From contig NMRA01000485.1 of the NCBI GenBank assembly GCA_002633005.1, positions 266,419 through 330,418 on the forward strand: a DNA stretch of 64,000 nt, read 5' to 3'. Source of the stretch: Phoronis australis (taxonomy: Eukaryota; Animalia; Phoronida). The translations under genes were made by a program, and so were the position numbers. This document shows, piece after piece, positions 12,301 to 24,817 of the stretch. Numbering within the stretch: position 1 is the first letter of the stretch; every line of letters starts with the position of its first letter. The notes beneath the pieces were generated by a model. It was not told the DNA's origin. It was given only the letters and a program-made list of their open reading frames with translations, and did not search any database.

Positions 12301-15300
12301 TGACGGACGTGGTGCCGTCCCCCACTTCCTCATCTTGGGTGCGGGCGATCTCTATCATTGACTTGGCAGCAGGGTGCTGCACGGTGATCTATAGCAAACA
12401 ACACTCAACTTATTATTCACAGAACACACGCATCAACGGGCCCAAACAATTTTTGCGGAATGATTACGATGACATAGCTTTACTTCCTTTAGGATTTTGA
12501 GAGCATGCTGGGATGTGTGCGTGACAACTTCGATGAAACTTGGGACTTTTACCAGGTCACCAAACAAAATCATTTGCAAAAAACATCTAACTTACAGTGA
12601 CTAATGAAGAAAAATTATGGAATTATTTTGAATATGAAAACAGCATTCTTTCAAAACGAGAAATTCAGATGAAGTTTTTCTTACTTAATCAATGAAGTTA
12701 CTTTCAAAAATATTGTAAAGTTGGATGGTCTTCTCTCAGTAATACAACATGATAAGTTAAAGAATGCAATTCAGCTGACAAACACATCCCATCACAGACA
12801 ACTCGCTTAGAGTTTTAACAGCCAGCATCAAGCTCCTACAACATAAACTGAAACTGAACACTGCGAGTAACCTCAATTTGAATATCACAGCAAATGGGGA
12901 AGTAGGTCACCTACCTCTCTGAGGATGGCGTTGCCATCGTTGGTCATCACGATGCCCCCCATAGGGTCCATCAACATCTTCAACATGGCACGTGGACCTA
13001 GGCATGTTCGGATGATGTCAGCTATCGTCTGCAACAATAGTAACCTCAATAGCTAGTCGTACACTGACTCAGTGTCTCAATACATGTCGATTCAACTACA
13101 TCCATACTTTAAGACTGGCAGCTGACACATGAGTCTTCATTAAGACTGGGACAAAGAAAAGATCTTTCTCGCAGAGTCAAAATACAATCAGAACTTGTAA
13201 GAAGGGTTGCCGGATCCAGATGTCTTGTCTTATCATATAGAATGTTGGCGATTATCGAATACAGATAGAGATGTACTCTAATTCGTTTATTTTTGAAAAG
13301 GAACAAGACCAACTGCAACAAGTAGTGGCGCTTTAGAAACTATGTGAAGTGCAAAGTTACGTTAATATTGTGCATATTGAAATCAGAGAGAAAATAGCTC
13401 TTTGTATCTGTCATCATAACTTTGCATTTTTGACAAGTAAATAATTTCTACAGGTAGGCTATCTTTTAAAACCATTATTAAGCTGTCATAAATCGCAAAA
13501 CCTATTTTTCATTTAAACCACTTATGGTAACGATTATGAAACAAGTTTACGGACTAAAATTTTCACTTCATTCAAGGGTATGTGAAGAATCTTCAGCGAT
13601 ATTTATTACACTGCGGTGATTTGTTTTATCACTAAATTTGTAATAAGGGAGGGGGGGAAGGGACTTTTATTTTGTACCTACCGCCCATGTTTTTCATTTA
13701 ATTCTCCAACCCATGACCCATAATTTTTCAAATAATAGGTTACAATATCAAATCCAACACTTGCAAACAAATTGCCTCCAGGATGACCTTAAGAACTTAG
13801 ATCATCGACAGACAAGAACTAGTCGTCTTGTCCAAAACTGTCAAAAACTAAAGTAGCCAAGAGGGTGGTCAAATACGAAAATGACTTCTGTCAACGCATT
13901 CATCTCTGCTATATATTTTTGTGCCAAATTTCCAGTTGTGCCAAGTAATTTTTTTCATGAGATAATCAACCTTTCTTGTCAAAAACTAACAGGGTGTCAC
14001 AGTAATTGAATCCAGCGTCCAAAAATTGACTGGTGCCGGCACATTCTTGCGATATACTTCTATTTCGAATTTCATCGTGATCAGTGAAGCAGTTTTTGAG
14101 ACAATCAACATACAAGGAAAGGCTACTCGAAAACTAAAGTGGCCAAGATTGCCAACTCCACCCGGAAATTGACCGATGCCTTGCCAAGTACCTCTTTACC
14201 AATTTCATCACGATCCGCCAAGTGGTTCTTGAGATAATTGATGGGCAAGAAATGATGACGACAGACAGACCCACTACAAAGTTTTTATGGGTGCAGAAAA
14301 ATTCCATGTGAGATCACTACTCATATCAGTTACCAGAAACTTGCTTTTCAAAGACACCTGTGAGCAATACTTTTGGCAGCCACCAGGTGTCTCTGTTCAC
14401 CATGTGTCTGTAATTTCAATAAGATTTTTTCAATTTCATGGATCTGTGAATCTCAAACTGTCTCCAGAAACGCTTTTAGAATGCTATGTCAAGTGAATAC
14501 TATTACAATATCTATCTTACTCTTCATACTTTTTATTTAAAAATCCTCAATTTTCTTCTATGTGTTAACACCAGTTAGTGTTGCAGAAATTTTCATTCTA
14601 ATACGACTGCAGTACAACATGAGCTTGTAATCAAGTTGCCCATGACTTGATTAATGGCGTAGCGTACATATTGCACTATGTACACTAGCGACATGGGTTT
14701 GTTTTTAGTTCTGGCATGTGTTTGGTTGTTTGCCAAGTGAATTTTTGGCGAGTTTTGATTTCTTTTGAGATGTGCTGAAAATACTGACCGCTGGACATTT
14801 ACAGGTCAAAAAATACCACCCAGTTTTAATGCTATACTTCTTACAAGAACGACCACCCGTAATTTGAGTTTTTTCTGAAGACCACCACCCATGAATTTTT
14901 GTTTCAGCTGTGCCCCCCCCCCAAACGGATTTTGCTGGTACAGCCCTAAGTTAAAATATCATATAAAACCTAACAAATAACAAGCTCATTAAAAATATTT
15001 CTGACCCAGATTACCCTGGTTATAGATCCCTCAAGAAACCTCGACATGGAAGAAACATACCAGTGCTATGAGTACTTAACACACTAAGTAAAAAAAGTTA
15101 TTTGAATGAGACCCATTCACTTAAATGTGCTGTTTTTCATAATGGAGTACTTCAGGCAACACCTACTCACTCAGAAACTACCAGCGTGACACCGGGTCTC
15201 AAGGAATAACAAATTCTCAGTTCTTAGAAGACCAGAAACAGTTTGGCACTAGTCGGATATAATGGGCTCTTGATTTAGAGAGCCAGTTTCATCCACAGGC

Positions 15301-17475
15301 GTCCTCAGCTTCTGATCGTCCCCAATACACTACATATAATACTACAAGGTAGGACACTCCTGACTAGAAATTCCACGGGTGCTTCACTTCAGCCGTCCAT
15401 AGCAAACATAAAACTCAATAAATTTACACAAAACAGAGGTTCAACAAACCATGAAGAATTGTTCTTTCTCCCAATACCATTCACGGTGTCCTGTTCCGGC
15501 GACTTCGTAAGAAATTCGCAGTCAAAGAACAAAAATGTTCACAAAAAACCCCCGCGCACGTCCATCGGTTGCCGCTCGAGGTCAAGGACGGTACGGAAAT
15601 TGCCGGTGAGTTACGGAAGTACCGACATCGTGACTTTACGCGACCTATGTCGGTACTTCCGTAACTCACCGGCAATTTCCGTACCGTCCTTGACCTCGAG
15701 CGGCAACCGATGGACGTGCGCGGGGGTTTTTTGTGAACATTTTTGTTCTTTGACTGCGAATTTCTTACGAAGTCGCCGGAACAGGACACCGTGAATGGTA
15801 TTGGGAGAAAGAACAATTCTTCATGGTTTGTTGAACCTCTGTTTTGTGTAAATTCATTGAGTTTTATGTTTGCTATGGACGGCTGAAGTGAAGCACCCGT
15901 GGAATTTCTAGTCAGGAGTGTCCTACCTTGTAGTATTATATGTAGTGTATTGGGGACGATCAGAAGCTGAGGACGCCTGTGGTTTCATCCACTAAAAAAC
16001 GACCGTTATTCAGTGATTGCCTGGTTCTTTAAAAGGTTCCTGAAGTACAATAATATTCATTTTTAATGTAATATAATTGATGAATAAAGTCTATATCAGA
16101 AATCCCATCTTTGTTACTCTTTCACATTTTTGTAAGATAAGCGTTTTTTCCAATGTTAATTGCTATTGGCTAACGCACGTCTGACGTCGCTGAGCCAGTA
16201 CCGTGGGTGAAGACAATAAGATAAATCAAGCTTATTATGTATGTAGCTCACTGGGTGAATGCCTCTCGGCTACAGAACTGTGCTTAATGTGCCTAATTCG
16301 TCCGCAATCTCGGCTCTCAAAAGTTCATAATACAAGTTTACTGCAGTGTGGTGTTGACTATTAATGGAATGATGCCGTTCTCCGCACAGGCCAGGAAAGG
16401 ACCCCGACTGCGTAGCCTTACCTTGGTGCAAGCTGTATAGTAAATATACAGCGGCCGTTTCATTGACGTGCGTAAAAACTGATTAAATAAAATCTGACAC
16501 AAAATTAGTGTCATTAAAAATTACACTCTTCCTTGAGTAAACTAAATTATTGACTGGTGTTGAAAAAATTGGCGTTCAGCTGTTCACTCAGTTGGTTGCC
16601 GTTAACTTTTTCACCACGCGCGCGATAACCACCAAGTATGTCAACTGAGTCACGTGAGTTAGGCAAAGCCTGCAAAGGCTAGCGTGAGACTGAGCGAAGC
16701 GCGTGACGCTAGCGCATAACAATTGTCAAATAGCATGAGAAGACAGGTGAAATTTGTAAGACTTGTGTCCCTTGGACTTTTTATGTGTCAACATGTGTGA
16801 TTTCACATAACCTCCTCAAAATGGCACCCGGTAAGAGAATCTTGAGCAAACCGCGACAGATTTTCATCGATTTGTTCAAATTATCTAGACTGAATGTATG
16901 TCTCCAGAATGGTATATGAGTTGTTCATAACTCCATGTGCATTTTATTTCCTATATTTTGAAATGATTAACTTTTTGTGGGAATGTATTATCGTCCATGT
17001 ATGCCTGCGGCATCCAGGGCGATGCATGGACCATGGATGGTGCTTATTGATGATGATGTTGAATTAAAAATGTTAAATTTTACACAAGATGGCACTGCAC
17101 AAAAAGTCTATTTTCTCATCAACAGCTCAATCAGTAATTCTTCATAGCATCTAACACCTAGAGTGGAATTGCTACAGCAATAGATTATACTGCAATAAGC
17201 AGGACTAGAAGCGATTCAGTGTACTAAAATTCAAAACAGTCACAAAGCACGTGAGATTCTGGAAAAATCCAAAATGGCCGCCTCCTTTCACTCACCTTTG
17301 CCGCAGTAACATTTCCCAGCTGCACTTTCCGACCTTGCTCACGTTTAGTGTTCTGATCTGAAAAATAAAGTGGGTTAGTTTTTACGCCTTATTTTATTGA
17401 ACACATAGTTTCAAATTTCCACAAACTGCCTAAATACTTACTAAGAACGATGACCGGAGCGCCACCGCCGTACAT
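3305..17475 (-). CDS. CCT3: T-complex protein 1 subunit gamma (CCT/TRiC chaperonin subunit 3), 15 coding exons, ~546 aa
   Basis: GT-AG exons on minus: 17475-17442, 17357-17296, 13028-12915, 12388-12292, 11535-11415, 11096-11016, 10013-9908, 9019-8937, 8332-8231, 7341-7162, 6496-6398, 5924-5738, 5211-5071, 4751-4620, 3406-3305 (1641 nt, frame intact). Translation [64 protein letters not shown] has the CCT-gamma signatures. Confidence 0.97.
7904..8034 (-). mobile_element. tRNA-derived SINE fragment (head plus part of body)
   Basis: Minus strand has an A-box-like TGACTCAGTGG and a B-box-like GATTCGAGTCC. It is homologous to 59211-59358 in both head and body (GTGGCGTGCA..AGACTTAAAAATGTTTG). Confidence 0.7.
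11561..11649. repeat. Minisatellite, 32-bp unit x~2.8, next to the CCT3 exon 5 acceptor
   Basis: GGTCAGCTGAC/TG/AAGGTCATCAAGG(T/G)TTAG(G/T)AA units. Confidence 0.85.
13840..14295. repeat. Internally repetitive interspersed element, possibly a non-autonomous Helitron-like relic
   Basis: Three diverged ~140-bp units, each starting AAAACTAA and containing AATTTC...GAGA(T/C)AAT, ending in an ACAGACAGAC tract. The family assignment is inference. Confidence 0.35.
15294..15981. mobile_element. Non-autonomous foldback DNA transposon (335-bp arms, 18-bp spacer, 8-bp TSD) in CCT3 intron 2
   Basis: 15294-15628 is the reverse complement of 15647-15981, with one mismatch seen. Termini are CAC...GTG. The direct repeat GTTTCATC flanks both sides (15286-15293 and 15982-15989). 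Confidence 0.88.
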
Positions 17476-18657
17476 TGTCGCTATGAGAGTAGAATTGACC
17501 AACAGGCACAGTGAGTTTCTGTTTTCTTTGAGAAAATTGGTTGCACCCTATGTTATTTTCCATACAATAATGTCGTTGTTTTATTTCATTCTGTGATTTC
17601 CAATATTTCGTTCCTCCTCTTAACCGTACGATGTAGGCTTTACATTGCTTTTTCTACGTCGAGACCCCCAGCAGACCGGAATCTATGTCAGAATAGTCAA
17701 TTAACACGTAGGTGAGTAAAGTTAAATAGAAAATAAAGAACATTGGGTAGTGGCTGTATTTGTTTGAATTGACGCTAACGAAGAAGAGGAGGTGCCTCAT
17801 ACAAGAATATTCTTTTTCAGTAGCAAATTTGTTGCTGTTTTTCACGAAATAACTATTGCCAATAAGTTATCGACTGGTCATACTAACGTCTCCCCCCCTA
17901 CGTCAAAAATACATCTGACGGCGTCGGCCATTGTCTCCGAAAATGGATCCGTGAGAGTTTGTTGAGACGTCCTCACTTTTCTTCGACTACGGACTCAAAC
18001 TTTGTGATAGATTTCACTTTAAGCAGCGGTAAGATCATCACGTAACACTCTTTTAGTTTTACGGCGTTTGCAACCACCCACGTTTCGATCGTTTGTAACA
18101 TTTTATGAATGAAACAGAAACGACACAAATTCTGTAAACGAATGTGTAAACTAAACCAGGACGAGTTGTTGTCCTTGATTCGTCTCTTAAAGTTTCTAGA
18201 TCTAAATGTCATTAGAATGTACTGCGACTAACACATTTTGCTGCCACATTACGGGTTTGTTATGTATTGAGCCGGGTTTTCAGTACGTGAGCTGATGAGA
18301 CCCTCCATCGACTCCCGCTTTATCGATGGCGTTTTCCGATTTCCAATTTGATAACGTCACCCAGCGTTCCTAGAGAGAGAATGCTTTCCCGGAGACGCAT
18401 TTTCATGTTGAACTATCATTTTCTATTTGGTTTTAAGGAACCTGAATATATTCTGTGTTTTTGGCTTATGACCCGTCATAAATACATTGCAGCTCAACTG
18501 TTGTTAAATATGTTACTTGTTAGTTTCACATTCACAATTTGACCGTTCCAAGACCAATTTAAGTTTTACAATTGTAACGTCCAGTGTCAATAATAATTGC
18601 TAAATATAACTCTGCTGTTTTTACATTCTTGGTTGTTTTGTTTCAGCAATTGAAATT
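17476..18657. promoter_or_regulatory. Divergent (bidirectional) promoter region of CCT3 and GATAD2, including a probable GATAD2 5'UTR intron
   Basis: The start codons diverge 1.18 kb apart. The region is locally CpG-rich, an acceptor (TTTTGTTTCAG) lies just before the GATAD2 ATG, and a YY1-like AAAATGGCCGCC is nearby at 17271. TSSs cannot be determined. Confidence 0.55.
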
Positions 18658-21600
18658 ATGTCTGCCGAGGTTTCGTTGTCTGACGATGGAGAAACAGATG
18701 TGCAAAGAGATGAAAATATGAGGTGGGACACTAGCATTGGTCGACCCTCATTGGTTATCCAACAGTAACAGGGTTAAACAATTTTTTTCGTGTTGCTCTA
18801 TCATTACACAAAATTTTATAACTTGTAAAATAATTACCAGGGCTTGGAATTGTCCTCTTTTGAGAGGATTTCCTCTTTTTTGGTTTCGATTTCTTCTGAA
18901 TTAATTTCCAGTTTCCTTGTTTGACATCTCTTATTTATCATTACTTCGACATAATTTGTGCAAAAAAACCACGTTTATTACAGGTAAATTTTACAGCACA
19001 AAAACTATTTCTATCACACAAGCCTATTTATTTCTGGAAGAATACATCACTTGGAAAGTTATCCTCTTTTTTTTCTCATTGGTCATTCCAAGCCCTGAAT
19101 TACTCAAGATTACTTTTTTTGTTAAAATGTATTTCATATTTAAATTTGATTTCCACTATGTTCACACTCTGAAAACTGTCACTTTGAACCACGTGGTTAA
19201 AGGCTATCAATCTAGAGGGTGATGACAGAGGAAAAAATACAGTGAAATCTGATTATTAAACTGTAAAGGTGGTATTCTGCCTGTATTTGCATGTGTAATG
19301 TAGAAGGACAAATACAGTTGAACGACACTAAAGGGAATGAAAGACCTAACCGTACATGGAGAATGTTGTTTTGTTGTGGGATGTGTTTTACTCTCTTTTC
19401 TGTGTTTTTCCTGTTTGGCTGGTTTACTGAAGTCCTAGCTGTTCATTCATTAGTGACTATGGTTTCTTGCAGTGATGAAGCCAGTAAAGACAAGAAAAGA
19501 CTTGCAGATGACATACACGGCCAAATTTCAGACACTGACGATACAAGTTCAAGGAGGTGACATTTTTTATATCAGTTTTGACCTACCAATTCCCATTAGT
19601 TTAAAGTACTGTCGTTATACCTACCTGGAGTTGCACAGTTCAATGTAAGTATTTGAGGATTTAAAGATAAGAACCATAAGTTTCGTTGGAAATCGGTTGT
19701 GATTTTTACAACAAACACAGTTCCATGCAACTTTGAAGAAAAGTGGTAACTGATCAGAAATGATGAGAAATAAGTGAATAAGTGACTGGTTGATGGGAGC
19801 AACAGCTAAATTTTCTTGCAGTGATGAGCGCAGTCAAGGCAAGAAAAGGTCAGCAGATGATGGAGACAGCCACACGTCTGATACTGAGGCAGCAGGTTCA
19901 AAGAGGTACTTTTTGTTTTGCTAGAACTCCATGCCTTGTCTCTCGCTATTGTTTTACATTTTTAGATTTTAAGTGTTAGCTCAAGATTATTTAGGACCAT
20001 GTCAAGAAGTCTTTTGCCAAATATCAACAAAACTATAGATTTTAACTTGGTAAAAGTATATATTTTGTGAAAGTAGAAGTCTGCTTTATTTGATCTGTGA
20101 CTTCACTGGTTTGCCATTGATTTGGTCATGTGACCTTGTCATATAGCAACAACAAAAGGTACATTGACAGCAACACAATAGTATTTATGGGTATGAGGAA
20201 ATTTCGTTTGATGTAAATGTATTGTAGTTAAAATCTCAAAAACACTGTTACAGTTTTCTAAGTGATCATTTCGTTTTTTCCGTTTTAAGCAACACACAGC
20301 CATGAAAGTCCTGTGTCTTGATAGCCCTTTATTCAGTAGTGGAACAATTCTTGCATTTTCTATAGTATCTGAATCCACACAAACATTTCAGAGATGTGAT
20401 GTTCCAAAGTTAGCCAAATTTGGCATTTTCCTAATGTTCTACATAATCTCAATAGTGTTGAAGTCACCACTATCACGAATATCTCTAGGTGAAAAATGAT
20501 CGCCAGCACATTAATTGCTAGATGTACATTTGACATTTCTGTGGTGGAATATCAAAAGAAAAATTGTTGCAATCAAACCGCATTACAACGTGCCATGTTC
20601 ATAAGTGTTCGCTCGCTTTTAACATTCTAGTTTACATGACCAAGCCAAATGCACCGAGTTCGAATTGATTTTGTTGCAGTCTTCAATCAATCAATTCAAA
20701 GGCAAACTTACAGTGACCTTCAGTTATCACAAGTGTTGAAATATCCCAGGGAGTTGGTTGCAACGCCGTTCAACTATACCTGTAATATCTCTCGTGAAGA
20801 CCAATGACTACTAGACACCTATGTGTCAAAAACTCCCACGTTTTTTCAATAATTCATGTAAAGCGTGGTACCGCTTTGAATTGAGACGGTTGTCCATAAA
20901 TCAGGGCACATGTTGTATCTTATTTCATTTGAAGTTCTGATGCATGCATTGAAGTAAATGAAGAATTCGACCAATGAAACGAAAGGTTATAGACATTTGA
21001 TCTGCCAATTATAATTCACGTCATTGATTATTCAGGTTAAGGGATACTCGATGACAGTAGCACGTCAGCGACATTGCTTCAAATGTTATTCTAAGCAATT
21101 CTCTCAGATTATACTTCGTTTAATGTAAACTGGATATTACGAATCCCATCTATTATTATCAAAGCTGGATTTTGTATGAAATAATAAAATTAGAGACCCA
21201 CTGTCTTTGTTATTGACCTGGGTCAGGAAAATGAGTTTACCAGATTTGCTTGACTAGCAGAACTTCGTCATACATTTCTCTGATGTGCGTTCCTCTATCG
21301 AGATACAGCCTAAGGGCCAGTAAATTAATTAGCAAGCATTGATTCTGTAATGGGGAATCGAAAAAGCTGTTTGTCCTCAAACTTAATTATTTTGAAGGTA
21401 AACTATAAACACAACACAATTATTGGAAAGTATGCATAGTTTAAGAAAAACAAGGAGGGAACAAATTTCACTTTCAAAGTTGGTGCTGATTTAAGTCACT
21501 AAATTTTATAATCTCAGTTTGTTTCTTACTCAGATTAGAAGCCATTCCTGTGCAAGAAATGAAGCGACAATTCGTTATTGCTAGAGTCTGTGATACCGTG

Positions 21601-23122
21601 CTTGACGTTTGACATGTAAAATGGCCATACGGGACGTGTGAACTTGTAGCAATAATCTACTGTAATTTCAGGTTTCATCTATTTGTCTTTTATTTCTTGC
21701 TACTATTGTGGCCAAGAACCAATTCAATTTTGTAACCGTAAGTTGTGAAAATCAAAAATTAATTTTTTTGATGGAAGGTAGTTTTACAAATGCTCGTTTG
21801 AATTCTGTTGTAGAGTCAAACTGGATGAGGATGTTGTTGATGTTAAGTCTTCTGGTGATGACTCTCAAGATGGCAGGAAGCAACCACCTGTCTCCAACAT
21901 GGATGTAGACCTCAATCACAAGGACGCAGAGTGTGTGGAAGACGGCGACAGTGACAAAGAGAACGATGGGGACGCACCGATGGATCTGAGTACTAAACCT
22001 CCAGGTAAATCACCGGACGTGATCACTTTGTCAGACTCTGACTCTGAGGATAGTGCCGTCCACTACGCTGTGGATTTTGTACAACTGTCTCCAGAGGAAG
22101 AAGCAGCCCGCAACAAGTTGATACGCAAACTGCAGACAGAGCTTCGCAATGAGGAGGCTAAACTCGTGTTGCTGAAGAAGATCCGACAGAGTCAACTGGC
22201 CTCTCAGCAGAGTACGGATATAAGCAAGGCTTCGCAGCGACTGGGAGTGTCTGCAGCCCCACTCCCTGTTATGAGAGGGGGCAACCATCATCCCATGACT
22301 AATGGCACCAAGTACATGTCATCGTCTCATCACTCTGGCAGGACGTCACAAGTGGGACCTCCGCCACTCGTCATGGCTCCCCGCCAGCAGACCACTCATC
22401 AGTCACTGACCTCTAGTCAAGTGCCAAGTTACAGGCAGACGCAGGCGCCGTCCCAGCCCCCTCAGCCAGTACAGACCCCAGAACAGCGTCAGGCTGCGGC
22501 TAAACTGGCTCTAAGGAAACAACTGGAGAAGACTTTGCTTCAGATTCCTCCGCCCAAACCGCCGCCGCCCGAGATGAACTTCATTCCCAGCGTGGGCAGT
22601 AACGAGTTCATCATGTTGGTTGGGCTGGAGGAAGTCGTCAAGAGAATCTTAGACGCTGAGCAGGGCAAACCAGAGATGAAGTATGTCTTCAACCCATTCA
22701 CATGTTGCCAGTGCAGTACAGACTTCACTCCCGTGTGGAAGCGCAACAAGCCCGGCTCGAAGGAGGTCATCTGTGAGGTGTGCGTGACATCAAACACCAA
22801 GCGGGCCCTGAAGCAGGAGCATACTAACCGCCTCAAGAGCGCCTTCGTCAAGGCCTTACAGCAGGAGCAGGAGATTGAGCAGCGCCTTAATAGCCAGGGT
22901 TCTTCCTCCCCAAGCCCCGCCACGTCATCGCCCGTTAACTTAACCTCGTCGTACAAACCTTCAGCTGAACAGATGAGGCAACACCACAACCTAATTCAAG
23001 CTCACCAGGCACAGTTGCGCTCCCTTCAGGGATTCCAAGGAGCTAACTTCCCCTATCAGATGTCCTCGTCTAATCTACAACGTCAATTCCTGCTAGATAT
23101 GATTCCAGCGTGGAAGAAGTGA
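18658..23122 (+). CDS. GATAD2: Transcriptional repressor p66 (GATAD2A/B, simjang-like NuRD subunit), ~513 aa if all four coding exons are used
   Basis: Exons 18658-18722, 19473-19556, 19822-19905 and 21814-23122 join in frame. Motifs: CR1 coiled coil (LQTELRNEEAKLVLLKKIRQSQ), CR2 (AAAKLALRKQLEKTLLQIPPPKPPPPEMNFIPS), GATA-type zinc finger (CCQC..DFTPVW..CEVC), HTNRLKSAFVKALQQEQEIE, C-terminal LLDMIP, and PMDLS (PxDLS-type CtBP motif). The three small 5' exons are less certain than the last exon. Confidence 0.92.
18838..19097. mobile_element. MITE, CAGGGCTTGGAAT-TIR family, subtype A (hAT-like)
   Basis: TIRs CAGGGCTTGGAAT / ATTCCAAGCCCTG and a 6-bp TSD AATTAC. The interior is an inverted homolog of 1601-1833. 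Confidence 0.85.
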
Positions 23123-24409
23123 AGTCTTTGAACAATTTGTACGTCTTGTGGACAGTTTTATATATTGAAGTAGATTCAGTTTTGACAACTGAGAAAGGCC
23201 AGTCAGTTTATCAGTGTTTATGGTTCCTTAATTGTGAACTGTTTATTGCGGAGGCTATAAAACCATAGTGTTAAAGGTATATTGAGCGCTGTTAGGGTAA
23301 TATTACTATTACCTTGGGATAACCCGTTTTAATTTTAAGACAGTCCTTGAAATAGTGTTGTGAAATAAACAAAGTTAACACTTCTTTTCTATGGTTATAC
23401 TGTGGCCGAAATGGACCTCCCAGGTGTTTTTATTTTACAGTGTTTTGAAGATATTGATGTAACGCTCGATATACCTTTCACTCACTTCATCATTTTAGCT
23501 CTGGCTCACCAGATTTCCTGATAGTTGACTAATAGTGTTTCTTTGTTTGTAGAAAACTCGTATTATTACAATCTAGTTTAAAATCTTTAGTATTTTTGTG
23601 TTCATGCCACTCATGCATCAAGCTGCAATATTGACAAGTCTACGCATTCACCAAATATCTCCCAGATTTTAACTCCGGAAAGTTTCCATTTTCAGAAAGC
23701 AGAACACCTGTAGAGATTTTGTTTTTGCAATTTTATTAATAATTGGATCACGTGGTTATGTCTTTTTAGTAAAAAGTAAAACAAAAGCAAGGTACATTCC
23801 TGGCAATGAGCAAATTTTATTTGTTCTAAACGTCGAGCTCTCAATAACTTTATTTAACAGTTTTCTAAAATATTCCGTGTTTGCAACTTCTGTTTTTTTC
23901 AAGAAACTCATTCAATTCCAATTTTTGAATGACAGTTTTGAACAGCGTTTCGAAAAATACTGCATAAATTATTGTATGTGAAAGTTACATACCAGTTCGA
24001 TTAACTGTTTCTGATATTTGATGTTCTGAAGTTAGCCAAATTTGGACATTTTTTTCAAGAGTCCTGTGGAAAATCTTGCCAGCAGTATCAACCACTATGT
24101 ATAGCAAACACTCTCAAAACTTATAAAGTTGGCTTTAACTGAAGTTTGCAGAACCGAAATCGACTTGTGAACAGTGTAATTGGATTAAGACTCTAGAGGA
24201 ATGAAATATTAAAAGTTAATATCAAAAACCATGCACTGTGTAACATTTGACTGCAGTAGCATTCTTAATGTGTGCATTTCCAATGAAAGATTTTTGTAAA
24301 CATAAGCCAGCAAAACCCCAAAATTAACCCAGTCGCCTCGAGCATGAAAGGATACACCTCTTGCTTATTGTTGATTGAGTTTCTCAAGAATATGCTGTTT
24401 CATCAGACA

Positions 24410-24817
24410 CAGGGCTTGGAATGACCAATGACTAAAAAAAAAAAAAAAAACGTTACTACCATCAGTAGCATGCGTCTGCGTCCTTTTCGCTCGCCCGTCC
24501 ACTCCCAACCCACACAAATTTGGCTGCAGAGCGGTAGTATTTGTCGCCGCGCTTACCAATAACACGAGCCGCCATTGAAAATCAGACCACGCTTTACCCA
24601 GATGCCCCGGCAATGTTGACAATTTACGTTCCTCCGAAACATAAAGACTTCCGCTTTCCGAGGTGAACGTCGTCTGCAACGCCGCGGTAAGAAAGGAATT
24701 TGCCGCGGAAATTTCATATCAAATCCGATTTTTTTACGCGGAAATATTATAAAAAAAGCGGAAAGCACATTTCAAAAAAGCGGAAATCCGTGTTTCCGCG
24801 GAAAATTCCAAGCCCTG
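24410..24817. mobile_element. MITE, CAGGGCTTGGAAT-TIR family, subtype B
   Basis: Same TIRs and a 6-bp TSD CAGACA. The interior is highly similar to 33439-33956 and carries repeated GCGGAAA subterminal motifs. Confidence 0.88.

Noticed and set aside
15459-15816. Two mirror-image 111-aa ORFs on opposite strands
   Set aside because: They are a by-product of the palindrome. They start at TTG and contain no recognisable domain.
22031-22989. Antisense ORFs of 86 and 149 aa
   Set aside because: They are shadows of the GC-rich GATAD2 coding exon.
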